Source: Deltaproteobacteria bacterium (GTDB lineage: Bacteria > Desulfobacterota > BSN033 > UBA1163). Taken from it: a stretch of DNA of 58,450 nucleotides. Under the pieces are notes generated by a model. That model saw nothing but the letters and a program-made list of their open reading frames with translations. It made no database searches and had not been told where the DNA came from. Position 1 is the stretch's first letter. The number at the start of each line of letters is the position of its first letter. Where the stretch lies: NCBI GenBank assembly GCA_016874935.1, contig VGSS01000002.1, positions 1 through 58,450 of the forward strand, read 5' to 3'. The translations under genes and the position numbers were made by a program. Positions 8,759-17,324 of this stretch are shown one piece after another.

Positions 8759-9988
8759 TTATGTCCTATTCCCGGTTTTAATTTTTTTGACAATCGCTTT
8801 AAATTCGCTTTCGTTTAGAACTCTTTTGAGGTCATGGGATTTCAATTTGACCTCCTGCACGACAGCAAGGGTTTCAGTTTCATTAAGTTCAATCCCCAAC
8901 TTTTTACTCCAGATTTCAATATTGTCTGCGCCACTCTTCTTTCCCATAAAAATTTTCGGCGCCTCATGACCTACAAACTCAGGTTTTATAGGAAAAACCG
9001 TAGTAGGGTTATTTGCAAATGCATTCTTATACCATCCGGTAACAATTCCAGATTCAATCGTATAAGCTCCTTCACCAATAAAAGGGCGATTTGATGAAAC
9101 TTGCGTCCCTGATAGCGTTTGCACCAATTTTGAAAGTTCGTTCAGTTTGCTGTAATCTATGCCAACATCCATTCCGTACATCGTTAAAAGAGTTAAAACG
9201 GTCTCTTCCATAGGGGTGTTTCCTGCTCGTTCCCCGATACCGGTCACCGTGGAATGGATGACCTCTGCTCCTGATAGAACAGCCATAATCGTATTGGCTA
9301 CGCCCAGACCGAAATCCGAGTGAAAATGAATTTCAAGAGGTTTGGAGACTTTCTCTTTCACCTTCTTGGTAAAGTAACTTGCTCCATGGGGAGAAAGCAC
9401 CCCAAAAGTATCAACCAACGTGAAGGCATCCATATGGCCCTCTCTTGCTACACGGTCCACCAGATTCAGCAACCATTCCATATCCGTCCTTGTCCCATCG
9501 ATGGTAAAAAAAACTGTGTAAAGTCCCTGCTCCTTGGCGTAGGCCGTGGCCTTGATCGAAAGATCGATTGCTTTTTCGATGGGCCATTTGTAAGCTTGGT
9601 CTATGAGTTGAGCGCTGGCAGGAATTTCAATCACAATCCCCTTGACCCCACAGTCCACCGCGCGTTTCACATCATCTACCACACAACGGCAGAAACAGAA
9701 GATTTCCGGACCGAGGTCACGCTTGACAATCTCCTTGATTGCGGCTTCGTCAGGCGGTGAAACTGCAGGCATGCCTGCTTCGATGCGATGGATTCCTACC
9801 TCGGCCAGCTTTTCTGCAATGCGTATTTTATCGTCTTTGGTAAAAATGACTCCGGCCTGTTGTTCGCCATCCCTAAGGGTTATGTCATGGATTTTTATCC
9901 TCTTCGGAAGATGAAAGTCTTTAGTTACTTCTTTCTCGTAATTCCAGGGACTTACAAACCAGTTATCCGTTTTCCAGGGCGTGCTCAT
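8759..9988 (-). CDS. HMGL-like pyruvate carboxyltransferase-domain protein (homocitrate/isopropylmalate/citramalate synthase family, no regulatory domain)
   Basis: IHDITLRDGEQQAGV and EIHFHSDFGLGVANT are DRE-TIM metallolyase signatures. Length is 409 aa. Confidence 0.75.
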   Translation of the reverse strand: MSTPWKTDNWFVSPWNYEKEVTKDFHLPKRIKIHDITLRDGEQQAGVIFTKDDKIRIAEKLAEVGIHRIEAGMPAVSPPDEAAIKEIVKRDLGPEIFCFCRCVVDDVKRAVDCGVKGIVIEIPASAQLIDQAYKWPIEKAIDLSIKATAYAKEQGLYTVFFTIDGTRTDMEWLLNLVDRVAREGHMDAFTLVDTFGVLSPHGASYFTKKVKEKVSKPLEIHFHSDFGLGVANTIMAVLSGAEVIHSTVTGIGERAGNTPMEETVLTLLTMYGMDVGIDYSKLNELSKLVQTLSGTQVSSNRPFIGEGAYTIESGIVTGWYKNAFANNPTTVFPIKPEFVGHEAPKIFMGKKSGADNIEIWSKKLGIELNETETLAVVQEVKLKSHDLKRVLNESEFKAIVKKIKTGNRT

Positions 9989-10086
9989 GCTTCAACTCCT
10001 CCTCTTAACGTTATTTATCTTTAAATATAACTTAGGTTAGCTCATTTCTGCTACGAATCGATGGGGCGATCATCTTCTCCCCCATC

Positions 10087-10506
10087 CTATAATTGAATTT
10101 CCCGGGTAACAAATCTTCCCCAGCCGGGTTCTCCAATGATCTCTCCATCGATCATCACCACCTTTCCCCGGACCATCGTGAGAACGACATCTCCGTTCAC
10201 CTCCCGGCCGTGGTAGGGTGTCCATCCACATTTGGAGATAGTTTTTGAATTTTCGAATTTTCTTTTTTGATTCAGATCTACGAAGATGAGATCGGCATCG
10301 CAACCGACCCGAAGCGATCCTTTCTGTCCTGTCAATCCATAGATCATCGCCGGTCTTTCGCTTCTCACCTCAACCACATGGGGAAGCGTGATTCGTCCAC
10401 GGACAACTCCATCAAGCAGAATGGAGATGGCTGTTTCGACTCCTGGAATGCCAAACGGAGCTACCCAAATATCATTGATTACAGCCGTATCTGCTTTCAT
10501 CTTCAA
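10087..10506 (-). pseudogene. C-terminal ~135-aa fragment of a cyclic amidohydrolase (dihydroorotase/hydantoinase/allantoinase type)
   Basis: GIPGVETAISILL ... RPAMIYGL ... KGSLRVGCDADLIFVDL ... VLTMVRGKVV matches only the last third of ~430-aa enzymes. The N-terminal HxH metal-binding part is absent, and the upstream MBL gene ends 6 nt away. Confidence 0.65.
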
Positions 10507-10512
10507 CTCCCT

Positions 10513-11370
10513 CTAAAGCCCCTCTTTCTTGAGGTGGCTTGCTAATGAAGTCATGACCATGGGAAGGATCTTTTGAGCCTTTATCCCCAACCGCTCAAGA
10601 ACCCTGAGACCCCATTGCTCGCCATTTGCTTCTGGAGGCATGTTCTGGCCAAGGTCTTGAACAATTGCATCAATCGCCTCAATATAGCGGATGCCGTCTT
10701 CCATGATGCGATAGGCCCGATCTCCTGAAATAGGGTCATGCCAGGATGAAAAAAGACACTTTATGCCTTGGATGCTTTGTAATTTTCGGATTGATTCTAT
10801 GGAGGTTCCCGGATTGACGTAGATGGGAAGCGTTCCTGCCGCAGGAATCGCATCTCCCGAAAAGAGAGCGCCCTCTTCTTCAAGAAAGAAAGAGAGGGAA
10901 CCCCGGGAATGTCCCGGCGTCTCAAAAACCTTTAAATTCTTTCCTTTCTCTAAGGAAATCGTATCTCCTTCTCTTAAAACCCGTTTCACCGGAACTGGGC
11001 CCTCCACCAGTTCAAAGAAATTCAGGATGGGCCTTTCCTGAAACTGTTTCTCCACGTTTTCAATCCATGGTAGGTCCGCTGAGTGAGCGGCAAAAAGGGC
11101 GGCAGAGTTCTTCATTATCCCCAAGGCTCCACCAATATGGTCAGGATGAGCATGGGTGAGCAAAACAAAGGAGATTTCCCTCACAGATCGACTAAACTTC
11201 TTCAAACCTTCCTGAATTAATGGTTTTGTGTCCGCCACTCCTGTATCTATTAGACAGATATGCTTACCAAAGAGGATGTAGGAATAGACAAAACGGTCCA
11301 CATAGATTCCTTTATCCAAGGCTAACCGGAAAGGATGCCTGATTGCATGAATGGTTTCAATGCCCTTCAT
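10513..11370 (-). CDS. MBL-fold metallo-hydrolase
   Basis: The LLTHAHPDHIGG motif is followed by a downstream TPGHSRGS. It overlaps the upstream UPF0261 gene by 14 nt. Confidence 0.85.
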   Translation of the reverse strand: MKGIETIHAIRHPFRLALDKGIYVDRFVYSYILFGKHICLIDTGVADTKPLIQEGLKKFSRSVREISFVLLTHAHPDHIGGALGIMKNSAALFAAHSADLPWIENVEKQFQERPILNFFELVEGPVPVKRVLREGDTISLEKGKNLKVFETPGHSRGSLSFFLEEEGALFSGDAIPAAGTLPIYVNPGTSIESIRKLQSIQGIKCLFSSWHDPISGDRAYRIMEDGIRYIEAIDAIVQDLGQNMPPEANGEQWGLRVLERLGIKAQKILPMVMTSLASHLKKEGL

Positions 11371-12631
11371 TGTTTGAACTCCTCTTTTGCAACATTCCTT
11401 CCAAGGCTTCTATGGCCTTCTCAGCAAAAAGGGATTCATTGATATGCATTGGCAGTTCCTCATAGCCTACCCTTGAGAAATCGAGGTTCTCTTTAAGGAC
11501 TGTGCAGAAAGCCCTGTCAGCCTCCGGCCAGAACCAAGGAAGGGGCGATGGGCTTCCATCAAGCCGGATTGCCTTTGGTCCTTTTGGGCTATCATAGGCA
11601 GAGAACCCTCCAAGGGGAATAATCACCCGAGAAGGACCTTTTGCCTGATTGAGTTTATCTGCAAAAACCCGTCCGAGGAGCGTGTTCTCCTCCACATTCG
11701 TTCGCATCAATGTGATGTGAGGCGTATGTTGATAGAAGATCCGATTCCTCCACTTCTCCGGAACCGTATCGGGGGTTTTGAAATTGACAAGGTCAATCGC
11801 CCCTGGAATGATGACCTGCGGAATGCCCCTTGCTCCGGCTGCCTCAAGTCGGTGGGGCCCGGCTGTCAGAACACCTCCCACCACTTCATCAGTGATTTCC
11901 GTCGTGGAGATATCGAGAACCCCATCAATCATCCCTTGTTTTACCAGCTCTTCCATGGCCATTCCCCCCGTTCCTGAGGTATGAAACACGAGGACCTCAT
12001 ATCCCTTTTTTTCCAGAAGCGACTTTGCGCGCTCGGTACAGGGTTGAACCACTCCAAAAACGGTAAGTGCGATTTGAACCTTAGGGGCTTCCTCCGGATC
12101 CTTATCTTCTTTCAACATTCCGGCAATAGCCCGGACGGCATTTAAAAAGACTTTTCTCGTCATCCGGTTGAGGGAGATATCTCCCACCGGATGAAACATC
12201 ACAATGTCTTTCCATCCAACATATCCCCGGACATCGCCCGAGGCCATGGTGGAAACCATCAACTTGGGCATCCCCACGGGAAAGCGCTGCATCACCGCAC
12301 AGGCAATGGCCGTTCCGTTCGATCCTCCAAGGGCAAAGATACCCTGAAATTTCTCCTGTTGGAAAAGATCTTCTGCAAGCTTAATGGCTCCTTCCGTCAT
12401 TACTTTCTGAGCTGGAACGCGCTCTAGTTGACTGACCAAGTTGAATTCTGCTCCAACGGCCTGAGCCACTTCCTTGCAGGAGATATCAGAAAAAAGATCG
12501 GATCGAAATGTTTTACAGCTTACATCCATCAGGAGGATGCGAATATTCTCTCCACTAAGCATTTGCCGGATATACTGATATTCGCTGTCCTTAGTATCGA
12601 GAGTCCCGATGAGGAGTACGGTTTTCATCAT
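11357..12631 (-). CDS. UPF0261 / Tm-1-like ATP-binding domain protein (copy 1)
   Basis: The N-terminus KTVLLIGTLDTKDSEY and overall ~420-aa architecture are clearly paralogous to ORF 47554..48798. Function of the family is unknown. Confidence 0.75.
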   Translation of the reverse strand: MMKTVLLIGTLDTKDSEYQYIRQMLSGENIRILLMDVSCKTFRSDLFSDISCKEVAQAVGAEFNLVSQLERVPAQKVMTEGAIKLAEDLFQQEKFQGIFALGGSNGTAIACAVMQRFPVGMPKLMVSTMASGDVRGYVGWKDIVMFHPVGDISLNRMTRKVFLNAVRAIAGMLKEDKDPEEAPKVQIALTVFGVVQPCTERAKSLLEKKGYEVLVFHTSGTGGMAMEELVKQGMIDGVLDISTTEITDEVVGGVLTAGPHRLEAAGARGIPQVIIPGAIDLVNFKTPDTVPEKWRNRIFYQHTPHITLMRTNVEENTLLGRVFADKLNQAKGPSRVIIPLGGFSAYDSPKGPKAIRLDGSPSPLPWFWPEADRAFCTVLKENLDFSRVGYEELPMHINESLFAEKAIEALEGMLQKRSSNNEGH

Positions 12632-12656
12632 TCATAATCCATTGACAACCATTATT

Positions 12657-12708
12657 AAAAAAACCTTAATGGGCCTGGATAACATCCCAGGCCCATTAAG
12701 GTTTTTTA
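12657..12708 (-). terminator. Bidirectional rho-independent terminator downstream of the AOR-like gene
   Basis: A perfect 17-bp stem AACCTTAATGGGCCTGG (12662..12678) / CCAGGCCCATTAAGGTT (12687..12703) has an 8-nt loop and is flanked by an A-run and a T-run. Confidence 0.8.
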
Positions 12709-12717
12709 GCAGGTCTT

Positions 12718-14790
12718 TTATGCAGGCAGAAGTTTCATAGCGGCAAGTTTATCGGCAACGTCCTTCAGATCTAATTCCTCTAATTTCTTTCTGGTTGGGG
12801 CGCCGGTTTTCTCATCCCAGCCTCGTTGTTTATAGTAGTCCGTCTTCGCCGTCTCAAAATCCTTTCGGTCCAAGCCTCCTTCCGTCGCGCTTACGACAGT
12901 TGACACCGGGGTCGTTGGGGTTAAGCCCGTATAATACACCTCTGGAAGCCAGTCATGGCTTTCACGAAGGTTTGCGGTTTTCCAATCCCGGATGGTGACG
13001 GCCCTGTGGAGGTTCCAGCAGCGTTCGGCCGCTTTATCTAATTCTTGCTCGCTCCATTTCACCCCTGTTACAGCGGAAAAAAGTTTACTCTCAATAGACA
13101 TATCCCCCATGTATTTTCTCTCTGGATTAGGGCTTAAGACCACAGGAAAGACCCAGTCACAAGTAGGAAGGCTATCCTTGATGACACCGTGATGATCAAT
13201 CGATATGGCAAATCTTCCCTTGGAGGGATGGTAGGGCGTGATTTTACCGATAGGGTCTATCGCATTCTCCGAACCATAAAGCGCTTTCGCCACCTGCTTT
13301 ATGTCCTCAATTTTTGCTCCTGAGAACAGCACCATTCCGGGGTACTCATGGCGATTGGGGTCCCGGTTATCCATGACCCAAGTCAACCCTAAGACCTGTG
13401 AATAGGATCTCGGGTCATAATGATCCCACATTCCATGGGAGCAGAGCATCACGCGACCAGCCGCCTCTCCCCTTAATACGTCATCCAATACTCCCATTTT
13501 CATCGCCCCTCTCGGAAGGCCTTCTGCCATGATATCACCGAGGCCTTCCCTTCGGGCGATTTTATTGCATAGGGTGGTAATAAACCTCTCTCCCCCCTTT
13601 TTCTCATCCGAGAAAGGAATTCCTGCTTCTTTTTCCGTAATCCTGCCTGTCTCGTGCATCCATCGGAGGAGAAATACCCACATCACAAGGTCCCATGGAT
13701 TTAGCCCCAGTGTATCGATGAGCTGTTTGGCGGCGAAGGTAGCCTCATGCGTGGATGCTGGCGGGCTATACCATGTTGCTGACAAACAGACGAATTCGCC
13801 TGATTGAGGTATTCCAAAGCGGTTCATAGCAGGCACGGTCATATAACTCTTGCAGGCCACCGGACAAGAGAAACAGCCGATATTCTTCACATGATAGGCA
13901 GCCATCTTCCCTGCAAATCTTCTGTCAGCCTCATGAGGTCTTAAGGACATTCGGTTCATATCTTTTGGGTCCACCCTGCCGATCGAGATCTTTTTGGGTC
14001 CTCCAACCCACTGGAGGTTATCCCTGGCACGATAGCCCGATGCGGCGCTTCCCACGGGTGGGGGAATGATTCCATGAAGTGGGGCAGCAATCAAACTTTT
14101 TGTATACTCCACCAAGTCCAAAAGCTCCTTGGGAGAGCAGGCCATTTTCACTCTCCCCGTCCCTCGAACAACGATTCCCTTCAGATTTTTTGACCCCATA
14201 ACCGCCCCAAAACCACCCTGTCCAAGGGCGCTCTTGAGATCATGGATAATTACGGCAGTCCGGACAAGTTTCTCTCCGGCGACACCGATTACCATGGCTT
14301 TTGCCCTCGAATCCCTCATCTCTTTAATCATCTGGCGCTGCGCGTCATAAGTATCCAGCCCCCAGAGATGAATCGCATCCCGGATCGCAACCTTATCATC
14401 GTGGATGGCAACGTATACAGGTTTAGGGGCCTTTCCTTCAACAATAATCCCGTCATAACCGGCAAATCGAATCTCAGCTCCGATGTGTCCCCCCATGTTT
14501 CCCCTTGTTGTGTGTTCCACAGGCCATGTATGAGGAGACTTCGTCACTGCTGTCAACCGTCCGGAAGACGGGGATAGAGTTCCCGTAAGAGGACCAGCCA
14601 TTAATATTAGCTTATTCTCCGGATCGAGAGGCTTGACATCTCCAGACACTTCATCCCACATAATCTTCAAACCAATGCCCAGTCCACCGATGTATTTAGG
14701 AATATATCTTTCTGTGTCGACCTTTTCAATCTTGTTATTTGTTAGATTAATGCGTAGAATTTTTCCTGCCCAACCATTGAGTTCCCTCAT
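12718..14790 (-). CDS. Aldehyde:ferredoxin oxidoreductase (AOR) family pterin enzyme, long YdhV-like form (690 aa)
   Basis: The AOR N-terminal domain pattern is GWAGKILRINLTNNKIEKV...YIGGLGIG. It is ~85 aa longer than canonical ~605-aa AORs and is preceded by a Tat-signal ferredoxin gene. Confidence 0.8.
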   Translation of the reverse strand: MRELNGWAGKILRINLTNNKIEKVDTERYIPKYIGGLGIGLKIMWDEVSGDVKPLDPENKLILMAGPLTGTLSPSSGRLTAVTKSPHTWPVEHTTRGNMGGHIGAEIRFAGYDGIIVEGKAPKPVYVAIHDDKVAIRDAIHLWGLDTYDAQRQMIKEMRDSRAKAMVIGVAGEKLVRTAVIIHDLKSALGQGGFGAVMGSKNLKGIVVRGTGRVKMACSPKELLDLVEYTKSLIAAPLHGIIPPPVGSAASGYRARDNLQWVGGPKKISIGRVDPKDMNRMSLRPHEADRRFAGKMAAYHVKNIGCFSCPVACKSYMTVPAMNRFGIPQSGEFVCLSATWYSPPASTHEATFAAKQLIDTLGLNPWDLVMWVFLLRWMHETGRITEKEAGIPFSDEKKGGERFITTLCNKIARREGLGDIMAEGLPRGAMKMGVLDDVLRGEAAGRVMLCSHGMWDHYDPRSYSQVLGLTWVMDNRDPNRHEYPGMVLFSGAKIEDIKQVAKALYGSENAIDPIGKITPYHPSKGRFAISIDHHGVIKDSLPTCDWVFPVVLSPNPERKYMGDMSIESKLFSAVTGVKWSEQELDKAAERCWNLHRAVTIRDWKTANLRESHDWLPEVYYTGLTPTTPVSTVVSATEGGLDRKDFETAKTDYYKQRGWDEKTGAPTRKKLEELDLKDVADKLAAMKLLPA

Positions 14791-14886
14791 AATTTACACC
14801 TCCTTGTCTGATCATTAAAGCAAATGAAATCGATTCTTGTTTTCAATATCCAAACCTTCCTGAGACTTTATCCTTGAACCCATTTT

Positions 14887-15459
14887 CTAATCCAAATCAT
14901 CGTATCGGGGATCCCATTTCACATATCGTAAAGCAGTGGCAGGACATTGTTTCACACATTCCGGGGCACCCCCGCAGAGGTCGCATTTCCGAGCCTTTCT
15001 CTCATCTTCAAAATAGTTCACCATGTTGAATGGGCAGGCTCTCTGACAGTTTCCAAGACCATTACAAACCTTCAGATCGACATAGCGAGCCTTCGTTTTC
15101 TCGTCGACCTTGATGGCCTCAGCAGGGCAGGCACGAAGACAAGGAGCCTCCTCGCATTGACGGCAAGTTTCCCCTGTGAATTGCCCATCTGTCCAGATCG
15201 ATTCCTGATATCGTCGATCGATGAACACACGCGCCCGGCTGGGCTGAGATGCCCCTTCCCGCATGGTTGAGCAGGCGACCTCACATCTTCTACAACCAAT
15301 GCAGAGGGCAGAATTGTGCATCACCACCATTGTTGCATTTGGAATGGCCGGATAACCGAATGCCCCTGATGGGCCATTATACGGAAAGACCACCGATCCT
15401 CCAACCGCTACCACCCCAATCCCTATCATGCTTTGCCTTAAAAAACATCTTCTATTCAT
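14887..15459 (-). CDS. 4Fe-4S ferredoxin-type subunit with twin-arginine (Tat) signal, YdhX-like
   Basis: MNRRCFLRQSMIGIGVVAVGG is an RRxFL Tat motif followed by a hydrophobic stretch. Several CxxCxxCxxxC(P) clusters follow (CIGCRRCEVAC, CRQCEEAPCLRACP, CNGLGNCQRACP, CDLCGG..C). The start was set at the MNRR methionine. Confidence 0.75.
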   Translation of the reverse strand: MNRRCFLRQSMIGIGVVAVGGSVVFPYNGPSGAFGYPAIPNATMVVMHNSALCIGCRRCEVACSTMREGASQPSRARVFIDRRYQESIWTDGQFTGETCRQCEEAPCLRACPAEAIKVDEKTKARYVDLKVCNGLGNCQRACPFNMVNYFEDERKARKCDLCGGAPECVKQCPATALRYVKWDPRYDDLD

Positions 15460-15586
15460 TTCTTTTCTTTCTCTACTCTCCATAAGAACACCTCCTAAAA
15501 AACGTTTCTTTGATTAGAATAACTGTATCAATTTAGCTTTTTGAAAAAAAGAGATTTATGAGTCAATGGATCAAATGAATCATCAT

Positions 15587-15665
15587 AAAATCCCCCTTAA
15601 TCCCCCTTTTCCAAAGGGGGAATCCCTTTGCCTCCCTTTGGCAAAGGGAGGTTAGGAGGGATTTT
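15587..15665. repeat. Structured GC-rich intergenic repeat, family A copy 1
   Basis: The outer stem pairs AAAATCCCCCTTAA with TTAGGAGGGATTTT. It encloses two hairpins, CCCCCTTT-tcc-AAAGGGGG and CCTCCCTTT-ggc-AAAGGGAGG. The same architecture occurs at 24476..24549. Confidence 0.8.
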
Positions 15666-15723
15666 ATAAAGTTTTTTCAAACCGCTAAAGTGTTACGAAT
15701 AACTAATATTTCGCCATTAGAAA

Positions 15724-16425
15724 TCAGACACCCAAATAAAGTTTCTTCACCTCCTTATTTTCCCAGAGTTTTGTTGGTGTCGAGGAGTAGACAATTTTCC
15801 CCTTACTCATGACATGGGCATAGTCTGCAAATTTCTTAGCAAAGGAAAGGTTTTGTTCAACCAAGAAGATAGATAGCCCTCCTTCCTTGAGCTTGAGGAT
15901 GACATCCCCTACTTCCCGGACCAGCACCGGGGCTAACCCCTCTGTAGGCTCGTCCATAAGGAGCAGGAGGGGATTTGAAATCAGTGCCCTGGCAATGGCC
16001 AACATCTGTTGCTCCCCACCGCTCAATTGGTTTCCTCGATTCTGATCCCGTTCCTTCAGTCGTGGGAAGAGACTATAGATCTTTTCAAAATCCCACATCG
16101 AACTCTCGGAGCCACGGGCAGCAACGGCCAGATTTTCTCTCACCGTTAATGAGGGGAAAATCCGTCTGCCTTGAGGAACTAGACCGATCTGCATACGAAT
16201 GATTTTGTAAGCCGATATATGGGTGATGTCCTTATCATTGAACAAGATTTGTCCCTTACGAGCTGGAGTAAGTCCGACAATGGATCGGACCAAAGTGGTC
16301 TTTCCCACTCCATTTCGCCCCAGGAGAGCCACTACCGTTCCCTTAGCCACCTCGAGACTGATCCCTTGGAGGATATAGCTTTGGTCATAATAGGTATGAA
16401 TGTCCACCACCTTGAGCATAAACAT
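15724..16425 (-). CDS. livF: Branched-chain amino acid-type (HAAT family) ABC transporter ATP-binding protein
   Basis: Walker A GRNGVGKTT, signature LSGGEQQML, Walker B LLLMDEP. It follows livG with a 1-nt overlap. Confidence 0.85.
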   Translation of the reverse strand: MFMLKVVDIHTYYDQSYILQGISLEVAKGTVVALLGRNGVGKTTLVRSIVGLTPARKGQILFNDKDITHISAYKIIRMQIGLVPQGRRIFPSLTVRENLAVAARGSESSMWDFEKIYSLFPRLKERDQNRGNQLSGGEQQMLAIARALISNPLLLLMDEPTEGLAPVLVREVGDVILKLKEGGLSIFLVEQNLSFAKKFADYAHVMSKGKIVYSSTPTKLWENKEVKKLYLGV

Positions 16426-17228
16426 TACTCCGCACCCAAATAGATTTCTTGTACGGTAGAATTATTTTTGATCACTTCTTTCGTGCCCTCGATTAGACAT
16501 TCCCCATGATAAAGAACCGTTATCTTTTCGGCAAATTCAAAGGCGACATCCATATCGTGTTCAATCAGCAGGATGGTAATGTTTGGATCCAGTTTTTTGA
16601 GAAGTAGAGTTAAGGCCTGAGTTTCCGCTGAAGAGAGTCCTGCCGCCGGCTCATCCAGAAGCAGGAGGCGTGGCTCCTGGGCAAGGGCAAGGGCAACCTC
16701 AATCTGTCTCTGGACTCCATGGGAAAGGTTTTTGACGGGGGTATTACGTTTATCCCACAGGTCGAATTCTTTCAAAAGGCGATTACATCGGTCTATAAGA
16801 TTATGATGAGAAGAGATAGGCCTAAACATCACAAATTTCGTTAGGGTCAGGGCCTGGCAGGCCATTATAATATTTTCTGACACCGTCAGTTTTTGAAAAA
16901 GATTGGTGATTTGATATGTTCTTGCCATTCCCAGGGCTGCCCGACGGTAAGAAGGCAACCCGGTAACCTCTCTGCCAAAGAAGAGGATTTTTCCTTTACT
17001 GGCCGGATAGGTCCCGCTGAGCAGGTTAAAGATCGTCGTTTTTCCTGCACCATTCGGCCCCATGAGGACCCGTCTTTCACCCAACTCTATCGTCAGGCTG
17101 ACTGAATTAACCGCCCTAAGACCTCCAAAATCCTTTGTAAGATTTTCCACCACCAGACATGGGACAGGCGCCATACTCTTGGTCGTTTTTATTGAAGCCA
17201 TTGACTCTTTTTTTCCTTCCGTTAGCAC
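16425..17228 (-). CDS. livG: HAAT-family ABC transporter ATP-binding protein
   Basis: Walker A GPNGAGKTT, signature LSHGVQRQ, Walker B LLLLDEP. The true start may be an internal Met (MASIK or MAPVP). Confidence 0.85.
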   Translation of the reverse strand: MLTEGKKESMASIKTTKSMAPVPCLVVENLTKDFGGLRAVNSVSLTIELGERRVLMGPNGAGKTTIFNLLSGTYPASKGKILFFGREVTGLPSYRRAALGMARTYQITNLFQKLTVSENIIMACQALTLTKFVMFRPISSHHNLIDRCNRLLKEFDLWDKRNTPVKNLSHGVQRQIEVALALAQEPRLLLLDEPAAGLSSAETQALTLLLKKLDPNITILLIEHDMDVAFEFAEKITVLYHGECLIEGTKEVIKNNSTVQEIYLGAE

Positions 17229-17324
17229 ATGCGCAGAATCGACTTAAATCTGAACCTCTTCGAACCTTTTCAAACTTATCCTTTTTCTTACTCCAGGGGA
17301 GCCTCCCCCCCTGGAGCTTCAGGA

